Shown: positions 8,296-15,610 of the stretch, one piece after another
Numbering within the stretch: the first letter of the stretch is position 1
Layout of the letters: each line of letters starts with the position of its first letter
DNA from: a virus
Length of the DNA stretch: 37,643 bases
IMG/VR virus record: IMGVR_UViG_3300012683_000007
Location: 1-37,643 of that record
Strand: one strand, 5' to 3'
The notes under the pieces: generated by a model
What the model was told of the DNA's origin: nothing
Seen by the model: the letters and a program-made list of their open reading frames with translations, nothing else
The model's database searches: none
Made by a program: the position numbers and the translations under genes

Positions 8296-8705
8296 GTGAA
8301 AAAGATAGAGTAGCGATAAGCTATATTAATGTCGGGCGTATGTATGCTGGGGACTGGTATGCACCGATAAGTGATACGAAAATAGCGATTAACATGACGA
8401 CAAGAAAAATGACGCAAGCTCTCATATTATTAGAAAGGGTGGAACGCCAGATTAAAGTTGGTCGGCGTAATGTAACGCTAAACACACGGTTATTGCGGCA
8501 TGTACACCCTAGTATGTTCTTAGTGGATGATTATCTTCGCGACAGGTTCAATAGTGTGGAATATCATATACGTTGTATGCAGGATAAATTAAGAGAAGCA
8601 GAGAAAGCGCTCCTCACCGGTAACTTTGATACGCTGCCCTGTCCTGACATTAGCGTGGAAAAATTGATTTCAAAAAAAAAGGGCCCGGGTAATCGGCACA
8701 CTTAA
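8292..8705 (+). CDS. Hypothetical 137-aa protein
   Basis: Track ORF with an ATGA overlap with the upstream gene. Confidence 0.6.
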   Translation: MSEKDRVAISYINVGRMYAGDWYAPISDTKIAINMTTRKMTQALILLERVERQIKVGRRNVTLNTRLLRHVHPSMFLVDDYLRDRFNSVEYHIRCMQDKLREAEKALLTGNFDTLPCPDISVEKLISKKKGPGNRHT

Positions 8706-8887
8706 TCGATACATTAATTGGAACACCTTAATTACTAGTGTACCAATTGTTTCGATTAAACTGAGATGCCGGTAAAATGGGCCTGATAATTGGAACAGTG
8801 TAATTGATACACTTACTTTAGGTGGTTTAGGTACTTTAGGGGTGCCTGGTATTTTTTCATTTCTTCACACCACCTTCATTTCTTCAC
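8702..8887. repeat. Repeat-dense intergenic hub with three repeat types: 11-mer AATTGGWACAC x4-5 in both orientations, TTTAGG x3 at 9-nt spacing, and the 13-mer TTCATTTCTTCAC x2
   Basis: 11-mers at 8716-8726, 8738-8748 (inverted), 8788-8798 and 8802-8812 (1 mismatch), inside a ~58-bp imperfect palindrome at 8702-8759. TTTAGG at 8817, 8826 and 8835. 13-mers at 8856-8868 and 8875-8887. Confidence 0.75.
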
Positions 8888-8970
8888 GTAGCCTGTTGAC
8901 AAAAAAGTTATTTGCGCCCCAGCCACTTTGTAGTATTATTTCAATATATTAATTAAACAAAGGTATCTTT

Positions 8971-9336
8971 ATGTCTGAGGCTCTATATCCAAACTATCAT
9001 TCGCTTACACATAAGTTCATTCAACTTGGCGATTGCTGGTTAAACCTAGATGAAGTGAAATTCGTTAAATATATTTCCAATGAGGAGAAAAGTGTCCATG
9101 GGTTTATCTTTTTTCTTAAAGATAATAGTGAGATACACTGCACGGTGCCTGATATAGCTGCATACATGGATGCAAAGACTGCCTTGAGCAATATCCTGCC
9201 TGTGGTTCGCAACCCTTCCATCCCATATGATGGTCAAATGGCCCCATTGCTACACTCTATAGTCAGACATAAGTCCGAAGATGCTCCGGAACTGCCGAAA
9301 GCTGAGGCTCCAGCAGAAGAATCTGTGGGAGGATAA
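8971..9336 (+). CDS. Hypothetical 121-aa protein
   Basis: Track ORF. First gene after the repeat hub, with a weak AAAGG SD. Confidence 0.6.
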   Translation: MSEALYPNYHSLTHKFIQLGDCWLNLDEVKFVKYISNEEKSVHGFIFFLKDNSEIHCTVPDIAAYMDAKTALSNILPVVRNPSIPYDGQMAPLLHSIVRHKSEDAPELPKAEAPAEESVGG

Positions 9337-9366
9337 AAATAATTAACGCCTCCTGTATAATTATAC

Positions 9367-9394
9367 TTGACATAGTAATTGTCTTGGTTATACT
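9367..9394 (+). promoter_or_regulatory. Candidate sigma-70 promoter (TTGACA-16 nt-TATACT)
   Basis: Consensus -35 at 9367-9372 and near-consensus -10 at 9389-9394, 29 nt upstream of ATG 9423, which has an AAGAGG SD. Confidence 0.6.
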
Positions 9395-9422
9395 ACGCTA
9401 TATAACCAATTAAAGAGGTGTT

Positions 9423-9698
9423 ATGGTAAAAAGATATGACTCATTCAGGTCATTAAATGTGCATCCTAGTGTGATACAACGCATTCGGCTAACCAGTAAT
9501 TATCTGGATAATCTTAGATATTCACAAATCGTGGAAATGGCATTGGATGCCCTGGGCGTTCCTCGTTTATTAGACGATGAAGGGCCAGATGAAAAAGATT
9601 TACTGAAGACGAAGAATATACTGAATACAGACCCAAAATGGGTTGTAGACAAAGGCATCGCTGATTTTTTTAGAAAAGGTAATGCCAATGACAACTAA
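9423..9698 (+). CDS. Hypothetical 91-aa protein, possible ribbon-helix-helix regulator
   Basis: Strong SD. A short beta-like segment followed by helices (SQIVEMALDAL) fits an RHH layout. The fold call is weak. Confidence 0.6.
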   Translation: MVKRYDSFRSLNVHPSVIQRIRLTSNYLDNLRYSQIVEMALDALGVPRLLDDEGPDEKDLLKTKNILNTDPKWVVDKGIADFFRKGNANDN

Positions 9699-10029
9699 CT
9701 ATGAATTCAAACATGCAGATTATAGTAGCGTCTTAATCCAACTAAAGGACGAGACGCTACTATTACCTGAAGAATGGTCCGTCCTGTATTCTCAGACTCA
9801 GTGGGCCTTGGAACGCGAGTGTCATGAGATATTTAGGCAGCTATATGAGGCGATGGATAGCTATCGCGGTGGGCGCTACGACTTCATGGCTAGTGATCCA
9901 ACTAAACTAACGGTGGCATATGAAAATATGCCATTAACTCTTTACAAGCACTTTTCTAGCATCTATCCGAAAGCACAGAGATTGGTGGAGCTACAAGGGT
10001 ACTTGAAAGAACTAAAACAACTAACTTAA
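9682..10029 (+). CDS. Hypothetical 115-aa protein
   Basis: Track ORF that overlaps the upstream gene end. Confidence 0.6.
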   Translation: MPMTTNYEFKHADYSSVLIQLKDETLLLPEEWSVLYSQTQWALERECHEIFRQLYEAMDSYRGGRYDFMASDPTKLTVAYENMPLTLYKHFSSIYPKAQRLVELQGYLKELKQLT

Positions 10030-10049
10030 CAAAATAAAAAGGTATTCGT

Positions 10050-10922
10050 ATGACAAATCAAATAACAACAACCAATTCAGAGATTAGACCATTAGCGCCT
10101 ACAGACTTAATAGGCCTGATAGAATTAGCTAAAATAATGATAGACTCTGGGTTTTTGCCCAAACATATTACCAAACCTTCTCAACTTGTTTTGCTATCTC
10201 AAGCGGGAGCTGCTGTGGGGCTAACTATGCTTCAGTCTGTGCAGGGCTTTATGATGGTGAATGATAAGCCGGCACCGTATGGCGATACTCCTTTATCTAT
10301 CGTGAGAGCTTCTGGAGTGCTTGCGTATATAAAAGAAGAGATTGTAGGTCACGGTAAAGATATGAAAGCTGTCTGTACTGTGTTACGCAAAGGTGAAAAA
10401 CTGCCCATAATACGGGAGTTCTCTGTAGATGATGCAACAATAGCCAAATTATGGGGCAAAGCCGGGCCGTGGAGTCAGTATCCTAAACGGATGCTGCAGA
10501 TGCGAGCTAGGACTTTTGCGCTACGGGACGGATTTAGCGATAAACTAAATGGTATCTCCTATACTGCTGAAGAGCTGCAGGATTCCGTCATGGTAGATGT
10601 CACTCCACATGAAACTGCACCTACGGTGTACGATAATCCACTAGTCGAGTCTATGGCGCCTCCTAGAGAAACCATAATGCTATACGGCACTGAGGAGCAT
10701 CCAGCTAAGGATTTACCTATAACTGAGGTGTATTCGTACATTAGAACTGAGTGCGAGGCGATCCAGTCTGTACAACAATACGATGCATACTACAGCTGGT
10801 GGAGACTCATCTATGTACAGGTCAAAGACATACTCACCAAAGATGAAGTGAAGGAGCTCGGAGAAATATTCTTTCCGAAAAAGAAGCTATACGGTGAGAA
10901 ACCTGTTGCAGAGGCAGCGTAG
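10050..10922 (+). CDS. recT: RecT-family single-strand annealing protein (290 aa)
   Basis: The core GKAGPWSQYPKRMLQMRARTFALRDGFSDKLNGISYTAEEL matches the RecT-type pattern (W..yP..Ml..ra...lr..f.d.l.G.y..eEl). The size and early-region position also fit. Confidence 0.7.
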   Translation: MTNQITTTNSEIRPLAPTDLIGLIELAKIMIDSGFLPKHITKPSQLVLLSQAGAAVGLTMLQSVQGFMMVNDKPAPYGDTPLSIVRASGVLAYIKEEIVGHGKDMKAVCTVLRKGEKLPIIREFSVDDATIAKLWGKAGPWSQYPKRMLQMRARTFALRDGFSDKLNGISYTAEELQDSVMVDVTPHETAPTVYDNPLVESMAPPRETIMLYGTEEHPAKDLPITEVYSYIRTECEAIQSVQQYDAYYSWWRLIYVQVKDILTKDEVKELGEIFFPKKKLYGEKPVAEAA

Positions 10923-10945
10923 TTAACGTACTCTTAATATATAAA

Positions 10946-10983
10946 GGAGGTCGGCTCTTTCATATCTGTCCGAACCGGCCTCC
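10946..10983 (+). terminator. 9-bp stem hairpin after the recT-like gene (GGAGGTCGG ... CCGGCCTCC, one G-U pair, 20-nt loop); no U tract
   Basis: Inverted repeat read by eye. The lack of a T run makes an intrinsic-terminator function uncertain. Confidence 0.3.
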
Positions 10984-11096
10984 AGGCATTCGTATAGTTC
11001 ACTATCTTATCGATAATTATTTATACTCCGAGGATACTATAAATAATCCTGCCTGTGTGCAAGCATTATTTATTATAACAATCTATTTTTATACAG

Positions 11097-11369
11097 ATGG
11101 CAGATAGGCAGACGGAAATGCGCTTTGTAACGGCAAAAATTCTTTACCACATGTGGCGTGGCAAACATATGGATATGGAGTGGTTTACAGTACCAAAACT
11201 ACTGAAACACCTGGAAGACAAGAGCAGGCTTGATATAGAAGAGGTACTGGTCAGATTCTTGAAACTTAATGTGATTGAAGGCAGGCCTGCATATTTACCT
11301 TGCGAATTTAGAATAAAAGGGGAAGAATTAACCGGAATACATCCGAGGGTTGACTTTGATCACTCTTAG
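11097..11369 (+). CDS. Hypothetical 90-aa protein, possible winged-helix DNA-binding protein
   Basis: Track ORF with no clear SD. The wHTH call rests on the segment FTVPKLLKHLEDKSRLDIEEVLVRFLKLNVIEG and is weak. Confidence 0.5.
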   Translation: MADRQTEMRFVTAKILYHMWRGKHMDMEWFTVPKLLKHLEDKSRLDIEEVLVRFLKLNVIEGRPAYLPCEFRIKGEELTGIHPRVDFDHS

Positions 11370-11460
11370 CTAACCCTCAGTTGTATAAGTAACATTGCCC
11401 TCGCCGGTCAAATGTTAAGTCAAAAACGTGCCACGGGGTCTTACCGAGGTCTTAGCGCTT

Positions 11461-11513
11461 TTGCCTTAACTGGTATTATGCATAGTAATACACCAAAGGC
11501 AATCGTATTTTTT
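11461..11513 (+). terminator. Compound stem-loop (TTGCCTT..GTATTA tgcatag TAATAC..AAGGCAA) followed by a T6 run, immediately upstream of the replication gene; possible terminator or attenuator
   Basis: Nested inverted repeats at 11461-11502, with the T tract at 11508-11513. Confidence 0.35.
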
Positions 11514-11541
11514 ACTAACTTACTCTTAAGGAGAATTATTT

Positions 11542-12639
11542 ATGACCAATGAGTCTCAGAAACCGCTAAATACCGTCCCTTATTTATCTTCTTTACCACC
11601 TATTGTAGTGCCCGTAGAGTTACTTACCTTACTTGGGTTTGAAAAAGCATTCTTGTTCCAGCATATCCACTTTTGGATGCACAAGAATGCCGCAAATGGT
11701 CAAAACTATCATGACGGAAGATATTGGACATACAATTCAATTCCAGAGCTGCATAGGCGGTATCCGTTCCTAAAAGAACATCAGATTAAGCATGCCCTAC
11801 TTAAACTACAAGAAATGGGCCTTACTATAGAAGGAGATTATAGCAAAAACAGGTTTAAAAGGAAGACTTATCGTACGATAGATATGGATAAGTATGAAGA
11901 ATTTGTTAACGATAACCAAGAGCGTCTCTTTTCGATCAGACAAAATTGTCTTATCGACGAGAATGACGAAAATAGCGACTCTCAAGAGGAAGGGGGTAGT
12001 GTCCGATCGATTAGACAAAATTGTCTGATGGGCGAGAGAAATTTGTCTGATCATATAACAGTAAAGAAACATAACAGTACTTTAACTTCTTATAAAAAAA
12101 ACGCGCATGCGCGAAGTGAAAATATAAAGGAGCAGGTGGAAGATTTGATTGAGGTTCCTACTGACTGGGATCCAAGCATAGAGTTGGTAGAGAAAATCAG
12201 GGCAGAGGTAAGTAAGTACAAGAAAATTGAGTTGACTGAAGAAGAAATAAACGCAGCTGTGCCTAAATTTAGAGCCTATTATCGCAGCAAAGGTAAAATG
12301 GTTGTCGATATCGATGCCGCCTTCCAATTCTGGTGCAGCAACATGAAGATCAAGAAGATAGAGACTATATCAGTAGTAACCAAAGGCGATAAAACGCCTG
12401 CACAGACCCTCTGGAGCAAAATCTTAGAGTACTGGATAAGCAAAAGTAAACAACTTGAAATGTCGCGATGCGGATTGCTCCGACTCAGCCCCGGCCATTT
12501 GAATGGCGATTATTTGACCGTAGAGGCACCTGAGAGTATAAAAACAGAGCTTGATGTACAGAGGTGCCAAGAGTTTGTAGTCGACGCTTGTAGGTGCATT
12601 AAAAGCCCCGTAAACAGGGTGGAGTTTGTATGGTGCTAA
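11542..12639 (+). CDS. Replication initiation / replisome-organiser-like protein with an N-terminal winged HTH (365 aa)
   Basis: AAGGAG SD upstream. The N-terminus FEKAFLFQHIHFWMHKNA...YWTYNSIPELHRRYPFLKEHQIKHALLKLQEMGLTIEG resembles DnaD/phage O-type HTH initiators. The gene also contains iterons. Confidence 0.65.
   Translation: MTNESQKPLNTVPYLSSLPPIVVPVELLTLLGFEKAFLFQHIHFWMHKNAANGQNYHDGRYWTYNSIPELHRRYPFLKEHQIKHALLKLQEMGLTIEGDYSKNRFKRKTYRTIDMDKYEEFVNDNQERLFSIRQNCLIDENDENSDSQEEGGSVRSIRQNCLMGERNLSDHITVKKHNSTLTSYKKNAHARSENIKEQVEDLIEVPTDWDPSIELVEKIRAEVSKYKKIELTEEEINAAVPKFRAYYRSKGKMVVDIDAAFQFWCSNMKIKKIETISVVTKGDKTPAQTLWSKILEYWISKSKQLEMSRCGLLRLSPGHLNGDYLTVEAPESIKTELDVQRCQEFVVDACRCIKSPVNRVEFVWC
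11932..12048 (+). repeat. Iterons within the replication gene; candidate origin
   Basis: TCGATCAGACAAAATTGTCT (11932-11951) and TCGATTAGACAAAATTGTCT (12007-12026) are 19/20 identical and 75 nt apart. Each contains the dyad AGACAA-AA-TTGTCT. A partial third copy, AGAAATTTGTCT, lies at 12037-12048. An A/T-rich stretch follows. Confidence 0.6.
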
Positions 12640-12902
12640 AAACGAAACTTTTAGAGCTTGTAGCTGAAATGGAGAAGCTGGGATACAGGCTAGTAATAGA
12701 CATACTGATAGACAAGCCGGACTGCCTCCTATTAAAGTGGCGAGATGGTAACAAGCGTTATATTAGGGTACACAAGCTCAACGATAAAGAGTTTGAGTTA
12801 GAGGACTATGCCCAACGCATGGCCAAGTGGCTGTTAGATAGGACTGACGAAATTTTAGTAGTGATGACGTTAGAGGAAGTTGAGGTATTCATTAGGAGAT
12901 AA
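12630..12902 (+). CDS. Hypothetical 90-aa protein
   Basis: Track ORF. Its ATG overlaps the end of the replication gene. Confidence 0.6.
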   Translation: MVLKTKLLELVAEMEKLGYRLVIDILIDKPDCLLLKWRDGNKRYIRVHKLNDKEFELEDYAQRMAKWLLDRTDEILVVMTLEEVEVFIRR

Positions 12903-12928
12903 TATGGGGCTAAAATGTAGGAGTACGT

Positions 12929-13294
12929 GTGGGTATTATTAACAGAGCACAAAATATAGAACTTAGCTTCGACAGAGAAGAGCTGCGCTCGTCTCATTAT
13001 TGCAATGACCCTGCAGTAATAGCAGAGTACAATGCGCGCATTAATACGGTAACTAAAGCATTGGCAACACTCTCCCCTAAGCTTGAGAGGATCATCAGGC
13101 TCTATTACGGATTTAACATAGAAGGCATGATGTTGAAGTGTATTGCCGAAAGCGTGCTCACCTATCATTCTGGTATCGGAATGCATCCTGTATCCAGAAC
13201 AATGATAGGTGAGTTATTAAGAAGAGGGGAACGAAGACTGAGGCATCCTGAAATAAGCAGAAAGATCCTTAGTCGCCTCATGATACGTTACTAG
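12929..13294 (+). CDS. Free-standing sigma-70 region-4-like protein (121 aa, GTG start)
   Basis: LSPKLERIIRLYYGFNIEG...VSRTMIGELLRRGERRLRHPEISRKILSRL parallels the RpoD region 4 pattern (L..rEr.VL.LRfGL....TLeEvG..f.VTRERIRQIE.KALRKLRHPsRS..L..fL). No region 2/3 is present. AGGAG lies 3 nt upstream of the GTG. Confidence 0.6.
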   Translation: MGIINRAQNIELSFDREELRSSHYCNDPAVIAEYNARINTVTKALATLSPKLERIIRLYYGFNIEGMMLKCIAESVLTYHSGIGMHPVSRTMIGELLRRGERRLRHPEISRKILSRLMIRY

Positions 13295-13342
13295 CATGTT
13301 GGACTATACCAGTAAAGGCACTTACTAGTATGTTGCAATATA

Positions 13343-14785
13343 CTACACACTCACCTGATTTGACGCCAATAGGTCTTGATTACGTACCCATTCTTTATCA
13401 ATAACGCTTGCTTCTTTAACAACGATTAGGAAATTAGGTTCATCTCTTTCAGCTACGGAGTTCGCGACAGTGCTAACAGCCGTATGGGATAGGTGTAGCA
13501 TCGCTGACCGTACCATTTCTGTATTAGATGGAGTTGCATCTTTAATTATCTGATTGCCTTCCCGAATAAACGCATCTGGCACATAGTGAGGCCCAGGAAC
13601 CTTAATAGATACAGGCATCTCACTATTCTCAGTTATGTACTTGATTCTAAGGGCAACTGGGTGGTCTTGAGCCGCCTCGATAGTCGGATTATTTCCTCGT
13701 AAGCTTTGGATATACTGTAATTGGTAAGCCACTGTGGGTGCTGGCACTAATCCAGAGCGCCATTCCAGGACCTTACTATAAGCACCTTTAGCTACCTCTG
13801 CTATTGCGTAAAATATGGTATGAGGTAGTCCTGCAAGTGTAAGTTTATGTTGGTCTGCGAAAGCTTTCATGGCATCGAATGCCTTTCCGTCTGCCTTCTG
13901 GTTAAGCGCATCCTGTAGTGCAGCATCAATCAAGTGCTTATCCCGGGCATACGCACGGTCGTCCATGTGCAAGTAATAAAAATATACTGCTGTAGTAGCG
14001 CCCACCGCGATGAGTGCAATACCGCCCATTACAGCAACCACTATCCATCCTGCAATTGGCACTAAGGCCGCTGTAGCTGCAACCCCTCCATACACTGCAC
14101 CTAATTCCAGAGCGCCCATCGTTATCAAGCCTCCTGCAAAGGAAGTGGCTGCACCTCCTATAACAAGCGCAGTTGCTTTACTTTTAGCATTGGACTCTAA
14201 GTATTCTTTTCTAGTTTTAAAGGCGCCCCGCGCCGCTTTTGTATTGGCGCGTATATGTGCATCTAAATCATCTATCCTAACCCTATCGGCTTCCCTCTGC
14301 TCCTTTAGAAGGACTATTTCGTCGTTTTGAGCCAGTACCATATCTTTCTGAGCTACCATCATCTGTTCTAGCCTTTCCAGACGTTCCTCAGTGCTTTCTT
14401 TTTGGCTTATAGCCTTCTTGGTCTTCTTCTCGGCCAGTTTTTTCTCTCTCTCTGCTTGCGCCTTCTCTTTTGCTAACTTATGTGTTTCTTCGATTTGCTT
14501 TTTTAATGCCACGTTAGGCTTGAACTCTGCGGTTATAGGCTCACTAGTATTAGGAGAGGTTCCATTAGTGTGTTGCCATTTAGTAATATCAGCGCGTTCA
14601 TAAGTGTGCCCATCTGACGCTACTACGGGGTCTTTCATTATTTCTTGAGTAATAGGACATACCTGGGTAATCTCCTCCAAAACCCTCTTTTCTTTTTCTG
14701 AGCCAGAGTCATCACTGTCGTACCCAATAAGCGGCTGTTTATCTTCCTTTTCCTTTTCGCGGATAGGTGTTTTTTCGTTGCGCAT
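13343..14785 (-). CDS. 480-aa membrane protein with a eukaryotic-type U-box (E3 ubiquitin-ligase) domain, a coiled coil, a hydrophobic hairpin and an unknown C-terminal domain
   Basis: Track ORF with GAGGT SD. Domain evidence is given in the two sub-features below. Confidence 0.9.
   Translation of the reverse strand: MRNEKTPIREKEKEDKQPLIGYDSDDSGSEKEKRVLEEITQVCPITQEIMKDPVVASDGHTYERADITKWQHTNGTSPNTSEPITAEFKPNVALKKQIEETHKLAKEKAQAEREKKLAEKKTKKAISQKESTEERLERLEQMMVAQKDMVLAQNDEIVLLKEQREADRVRIDDLDAHIRANTKAARGAFKTRKEYLESNAKSKATALVIGGAATSFAGGLITMGALELGAVYGGVAATAALVPIAGWIVVAVMGGIALIAVGATTAVYFYYLHMDDRAYARDKHLIDAALQDALNQKADGKAFDAMKAFADQHKLTLAGLPHTIFYAIAEVAKGAYSKVLEWRSGLVPAPTVAYQLQYIQSLRGNNPTIEAAQDHPVALRIKYITENSEMPVSIKVPGPHYVPDAFIREGNQIIKDATPSNTEMVRSAMLHLSHTAVSTVANSVAERDEPNFLIVVKEASVIDKEWVRNQDLLASNQVSV
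13970..14176 (-). other. Gly/Ala-rich hydrophobic block (aa 204-272), with two to three predicted membrane spans
   Basis: ATALVIGGAATSFAGGLITMGALELGAVYGGVAATAALVPIAGWIVVAVMGGIALIAVGATTAVYFYYL: about 70 residues, one charged (a single Glu, E227). Confidence 0.8.
14480..14674 (-). other. U-box domain-coding segment (aa ~38-102)
   Basis: CPITQEIMKDPVVASDGHTYERADITKWQHTNGTSPNTSEPITAEFKPNVALKKQIEE fits the U-box consensus CPI..E.M.DPV....G.TYER..I..W......P.T...L....L.PN..LK..I. Confidence 0.85.
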
Positions 14786-14892
14786 GGTATACCTCGATGC
14801 TAATTATTTTGGTATAAATAGAATTAACACCGAGGGGGACATTAGGCAATTAGTAATTTATGAATATTTCGATAAGTTCGATGTATGTCATT

Positions 14893-15312
14893 TTATTCCC
14901 CAAGATCGGTATATTCTTCGGTGCCCATGTAAACATGCCGCACTCTAAAGTTACACGCCTCTGTTACTAAAGCTTCCTCGACCTGTACATGCTCCACAAA
15001 TTCATGGAGCCAGGTAAACACTTGACTACTACTATCTGTATCCCAGTCTTCGTTAAGATTCATTTCCAGTATTAGGTTGCCACTCGCTATCCCTAGATAC
15101 ACGTCAATTAAACAGTCCCATTGGCATTTCTTTTCAATGAATTGCTTAAGCTCGAACGCTATGATTGGCGGAGCATTATCTCCGCTAACCATAATGTCAA
15201 ATAGCATGGTTTGTGGTATATTTAAGCTCCTCAAAGTGCCCTTCGGCTCCTCCTCTGCCTTATTGATGCATATTGATTCACCCGTAACTTGGTTTATTAG
15301 TAATGTTCCCAT
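14893..15312 (-). CDS. Hypothetical acidic 139-aa protein, immediately upstream of the U-box gene
   Basis: Track ORF with the conserved AACAATAAAGGA leader. No recognisable motif. Confidence 0.7.
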   Translation of the reverse strand: MGTLLINQVTGESICINKAEEEPKGTLRSLNIPQTMLFDIMVSGDNAPPIIAFELKQFIEKKCQWDCLIDVYLGIASGNLILEMNLNEDWDTDSSSQVFTWLHEFVEHVQVEEALVTEACNFRVRHVYMGTEEYTDLGE

Positions 15313-15344
15313 TGTTTTATCCTTTATTGTTATTAAAATTGTTA

Positions 15345-15608
15345 TTAAAATGGCGCATCGTCAGTATCATCCGAGCTAAACTCATCCGATACTGGCACTT
15401 CTTCCTCTGCTGTCTTTTCCTTGTATCGTTCCTCGAGCTCTGCGGCAAGCTCTATAAGCTTGTAACTTTCAAGCCTAAGCAGTATTTCAACGATCTTGCC
15501 TATTAAATTGCCTCTTAAATACAACGGATTCTCTTCTATTCCTTCAAATAAAAGCTGGTCGTCTTGCTCCTCATAGTCACCACAACCGCATTCGTTATAT
15601 TCACCCAT
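15345..15608 (-). CDS. Hypothetical strongly acidic 87-aa protein (Asp/Glu-rich termini)
   Basis: Track ORF with AAAGGAGAATAA leader. Confidence 0.7.
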   Translation of the reverse strand: MGEYNECGCGDYEEQDDQLLFEGIEENPLYLRGNLIGKIVEILLRLESYKLIELAAELEERYKEKTAEEEVPVSDEFSSDDTDDAPF

Positions 15609-15610
15609 AA

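Noticed and set aside
8896-8940. The TTGACA hexamer at 8896 as the promoter for the 8971 operon
   Set aside because: No acceptable -10 hexamer lies 16-18 nt downstream. The nearest TATTAT/TAGTAT is ~30 nt away, so the promoter is not called.
12806-13186. 126-aa minus-strand ORF overlapping the sigma-4-like gene
   Set aside because: It has no SD and no recognisable motif. It overlaps two plus-strand genes, one of which has a specific sigma region-4 match. It is retained as a caveat, to be excluded by expression data.
14010-14330. Plus-strand 106-aa ORF inside the U-box gene
   Set aside because: It is the antisense of the Gly/Ala-rich hydrophobic block (GCN/GGN codons read backwards), which naturally stays open. 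It has no SD, and the U-box reading frame has strong motif support.
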